Of a DNA stretch of 64,000 bases, positions 60,647 through 64,000 are shown in pieces. The notes beneath the pieces were generated by a model, which did no database searches, was not told the DNA's origin, and saw only the letters and a program-made list of their open reading frames with translations. Position 1 is the first letter of the stretch; every line of letters begins with the position of its first letter. Both the position numbers and the translations under genes were made by a program. The stretch comes from Octopus sinensis (taxonomy: Eukaryota), in contig NC_042998.1 of assembly GCF_006345805.1 (NCBI RefSeq), positions 69,316,001 through 69,380,000 of the forward strand, given 5' to 3'.

Positions 60647-61062
60647 TTATGGTTTAATATGAATTGTGTTCATAGTTGAGGAAGAAATCTTTGTTGTTTT
60701 CCCAGCGTTTGAGGGAGGTTCGTTCTTCCTTTTCACATTCATCTTTCCATAGTTTAATAACAAGTTCGAGGGCTGTTCGTTGGTGTGTGAGGTTAGTTCT
60801 AGAAGTATCTCATCGTCTATTTTTGTGTATTTTTGTTCGTGGTTTTCTGCTCTGAGTTTTAGAAGTTCTACTTCGGTTTTCATTTTTTCCAATGTTAGTT
60901 TTTCTCTTAGGGAGCGTTGTTTTTCAGGTTCGTCTGGGATGTGTTTGATTTGGAATTTTCGGGGTAGTATGATAGGGGAGGAGTTTAACCATTTGTCGTA
61001 AATTTCAGCTTTGTTTTGGTTTTTGAGCATGTTCCAGAAGAGAAGTTTTCTGTTGTGTAGTT
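60647..61062 (-). CDS. PLE N-terminal region (frame open up to the TA junction)
   Basis: KLHNRKLLFWNMLKN..YDKWL..LPRKFQIK..EKMKTEVELLKLR, followed by a Thr/Pro/His-rich low-complexity stretch. Confidence 0.6.
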
Positions 61063-61063
61063 T

Positions 61064-61099
<36 letters not shown>

Positions 61100-61565
61100 T
61101 ACATACCTACATAAATGAGTACATATGTATAGTCTTTGAGAGGAGATTTATCAAAAGTGCAGAATGACTTTTTGATCTTTTTCCCAAAATGTAACTGCTA
61201 GTCTTCAATGCATACAAACTTTCTTTGAGATCGCATTAAATTTTCGTGTCAGGTTACGCAACCCATATCATTGGCCTTGTACATGTGTGTGTGTGTGTGC
61301 ATGCTTGAATGCATGTGTGCATGTATCTATGTAACGTATGTGTTTGTATAAATTGTATTTATGTATGTGTATACGCATGTATGTATACATGTATGTATAT
61401 ATACATGTATGTAATGCTTGTACGCATGTATGCACATACGTTACTGTGTGTGTACATTGTATGTATGTTTGCATGTATTTATGTAAGCATACATATGTAT
61501 GTATCGATATGCTTGTATGTACGTATGCATTCCTATGTCTATCTATGCATATATGCATGTACATA

Positions 61566-61622
<57 letters not shown>

Positions 61623-61959
61623 GTCAAACTGTGCTCCTATTGCGCATTAGCAGTCTGCTGTCATTGAAACAGAACACCGACATATTTCTGCACCGTCTGT
61701 TGGTGAAGATGGTCTCCTTTTACTAAATAAATATCATTCACTTTCCACAATACCCCCACAACAAAAGTTGTTGAAACAGAACAACGTTTGTGCTTTTAGT
61801 TGAGGAATAAAGGTTCTTAGTTCGAATCCTGCCTGTGATTACATCGAGAAGCAATACACTCGAGGACCCTCGGAGAACACACCGCTTGATATGTTGTGCT
61901 GGCGTCAATACTGATTTCGAAGTATGGCACACGACTACGATTTATGTGTGTGTGTTTAT

Positions 61960-62130
61960 CTTTTTACTTGGTTGGGACTGGAGGAAAGGATCAGGGCCCT
62001 TTGCAAGGGCTTCTAAATTAGTGAGAGTGATGTCATTAGTGTTCCTTTCGAGCCTTTGTAAGTCAACGCCCGTGGAGAAAGATATGAGCAGGTGTGGGGG
62101 AAAGATTGGGTGACGTAATTCGAGCAAGAC
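61960..62130 (-). pseudogene. possible second PLE N-terminal fragment
   Basis: NTNDITLTNLEALAKGPDPF resembles NLSSKTLTPTQINILARGLKF of the neighbouring element. Confidence 0.3.
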
Positions 62131-62299
62131 CTGGCAGGGGCGAGGGCGGGGAAGCTGGATGCAACAAGGCTGAGGGGAAGAAGAGAGATGTGTGTGGGGG
62201 GGGGGGGGGAGTGCTTGAGTATATGCGGTATGGGGATCCGGTCAGCTCCGAGGTGCAGATGTCATGTTTTGTGTGTGTGTGTGTGTAGGATGGGATACG

Positions 62300-63940
62300 G
62301 TAGATTATATCAACCTCTCCCCATTCACTGCTCTATATAACCCAGAAGAATGAAATGTAGAGCTGACCTCGGCGGGATTTGAACTCGGAATGTAAAACTT
62401 CCTACTTAGTCTGTTACTCTACCGATCCACCGTCCTTAATGTGTTAAAGAAATATAATTTATTTGGAATTCCTCTTTTGTTGTGGCTAACTTCATGTTTC
62501 GTATTTCCGGAGATCGATAAGATAAAATATCAATAAGATTTTTGCACAAGGCCGGCAATTTTGGGGGAGGGGTAAGTCGATTATATCAACCCCAGTGCTC
62601 ACCTAGTTTATCAATCCCTAAAGGATGAAAAGCAAAGTCGACCTCAGAACGTAAAGACGGTCGAAATGCCGTTAAGCATTTTCCCCCGGCGTGCTAACAA
62701 TTCTGTCAGTTCGCCGCCTTAAATATCGATAAAAAAAATATTGGTTTCAAATTTTAGCACAAGGCCAGCAATTTCGGGGGAGGGGTTAAATCGATTACAT
62801 CGAAATTCCCCCCTCCCCATGCTCAACTGGAACTTATTTATCGAGCTCGAAATGATGAAAGGCAAAGTCGACCTCGGCGGAATTTGAGCTCTGAAAGCAA
62901 GCACGGACGAAATGCCGCTAAGCATTTTGTCCGGCAAAATATGAATAAAAATACTGAAATCAATCGATTGCTTCGCCAGTCCAGTTTGTCTAGTAAAGGA
63001 TAAACTCATAAACAATAATTTTATCTCGGACAATTAATTAGACAAATCCATAGACATGCTTTTACTGATTGTTATAGGTGATATTCAGTTATGTTACTCT
63101 ACGTTTCTGAGTTCAAATCCTGCTGAAGTTAACTTTACCTTTCATAATTCAAAGTTAAAAAAATAAAGTGTACCTATGAAATACTAGCGTCGATGGTATC
63201 CGCTAGCCCTTGTCCTTCCAAATTCCGCCGGGGTCGACTTTGCCTTTCATCCTTTCGAGGTCGATTAAATAAGTACCAGTTACGCACTGGGGGCGATATA
63301 ATCGACTTAATCCGTTTGTCTGTCCTTGTTTGTCCTCCCTGTGTTTAGCCCCTTGTGGGTAGTAAAGAAATAGGCATTTCGTCTGATTTGACGTTCTGAG
63401 TTCAAATTCCGTTGAGGTCGTCTTTGCCTTTCATCCTTTCGGGGTCGATAAATTAAGTACCTGTTGCATACTGGAATCGATCTAATCGACTGGTCCTTTC
63501 CCCCAAAATTTTGGGCCTTGTGCCCATAATAGAAAGGATTCTTCTTCTTCTTCTTCTTCTTCTTCTTCTTCTTCTTCTTCTTCTTCTTCGCTGAGGTTGA
63601 TTTGCCTTTCATCCCTTTAAGATTGATAAATTAAGTTACAGTGAAGCACTGGGGTCGATTTGATCGACTAGTCTCCTCCCCACAAATTTCAGGCCTTATG
63701 CCTTTAGTAAAAAAGATTATTATTATTATTAAATAAGCGAACTGGCAAAATCGTTTGCACGTCGATTAAAATGTTTTGCGGCTTTTTTACGTTCCGAGTT
63801 CAAATTCCGCCGAAGTCGAATTTGCTTTTCATCCTTTCGGAGGTCGATAAAATAAGAACCAGTTGAGCACTGGGGTCAATGTAATCGATTAGACCCGCTT
63901 CCCCAAAATTTCAGGCTTCGTCCCTATTATAGAAAGACCT
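62300..63940. mobile_element. cluster of about seven SINE A copies (minus strand to ~62940, plus strand from ~63060)
   Basis: Repeated head and core motifs. Dimer junction at 63373/4. (CTT)n, (ATT)n and (ACT)n tails. Confidence 0.85.
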
Positions 63941-63943
63941 ACC

Positions 63944-63983
<40 letters not shown>

Positions 63984-64000
63984 ATAATAATAATAATAAT

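Larger units (their letters stand above)
56919..61065 (-). mobile_element. Penelope-like retroelement (Neptune-like), 5'-truncated, inserted in (TA)n
   Basis: RT, Cys-rich linker and GIY-YIG endonuclease in order, AT-rich 3' region with hammerhead, TA tracts at 56888-56918 and from 61066. Confidence 0.92.

Overview
AT-rich, repeat-saturated eukaryotic non-coding DNA. The very dense (TA)n/(CA)n/(ATGT)n microsatellites and the tRNA-head SINE families suggest a coleoid cephalopod, most likely Octopus (inference). I find no intact host protein-coding gene, and most listed ORFs are microsatellite artefacts. Supported content: (1) a ~4.1-kb, 5'-truncated, frameshifted Penelope-like element (RT + Cys-rich linker + GIY-YIG, Neptune-like) sitting in a (TA)n tract at 56.9-61.1 kb; (2) about ten type I hammerhead-ribozyme motifs, in the PLE tail and in several short non-autonomous element families, some targeting (TA)n and some fold-back with TSDs; (3) three SINE families (called A, B, C here) plus chimeras, with tails matching resident Tx1/L1 and RTE LINE 3' ends; (4) Helitrons, a Helentron-type HINE, and Tc1/mariner, pogo and hAT MITEs; (5) a decayed 18S rRNA 3' fragment; (6) a probable decayed EGF-repeat pseudogene with short introns. 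The strongest candidate for a new system is the PLE plus hammerhead-bearing satellite elements, which share tail geometry and are strongly strand-biased. All alignments and translations were done by eye, and coordinates not tied to a quoted motif are approximate.
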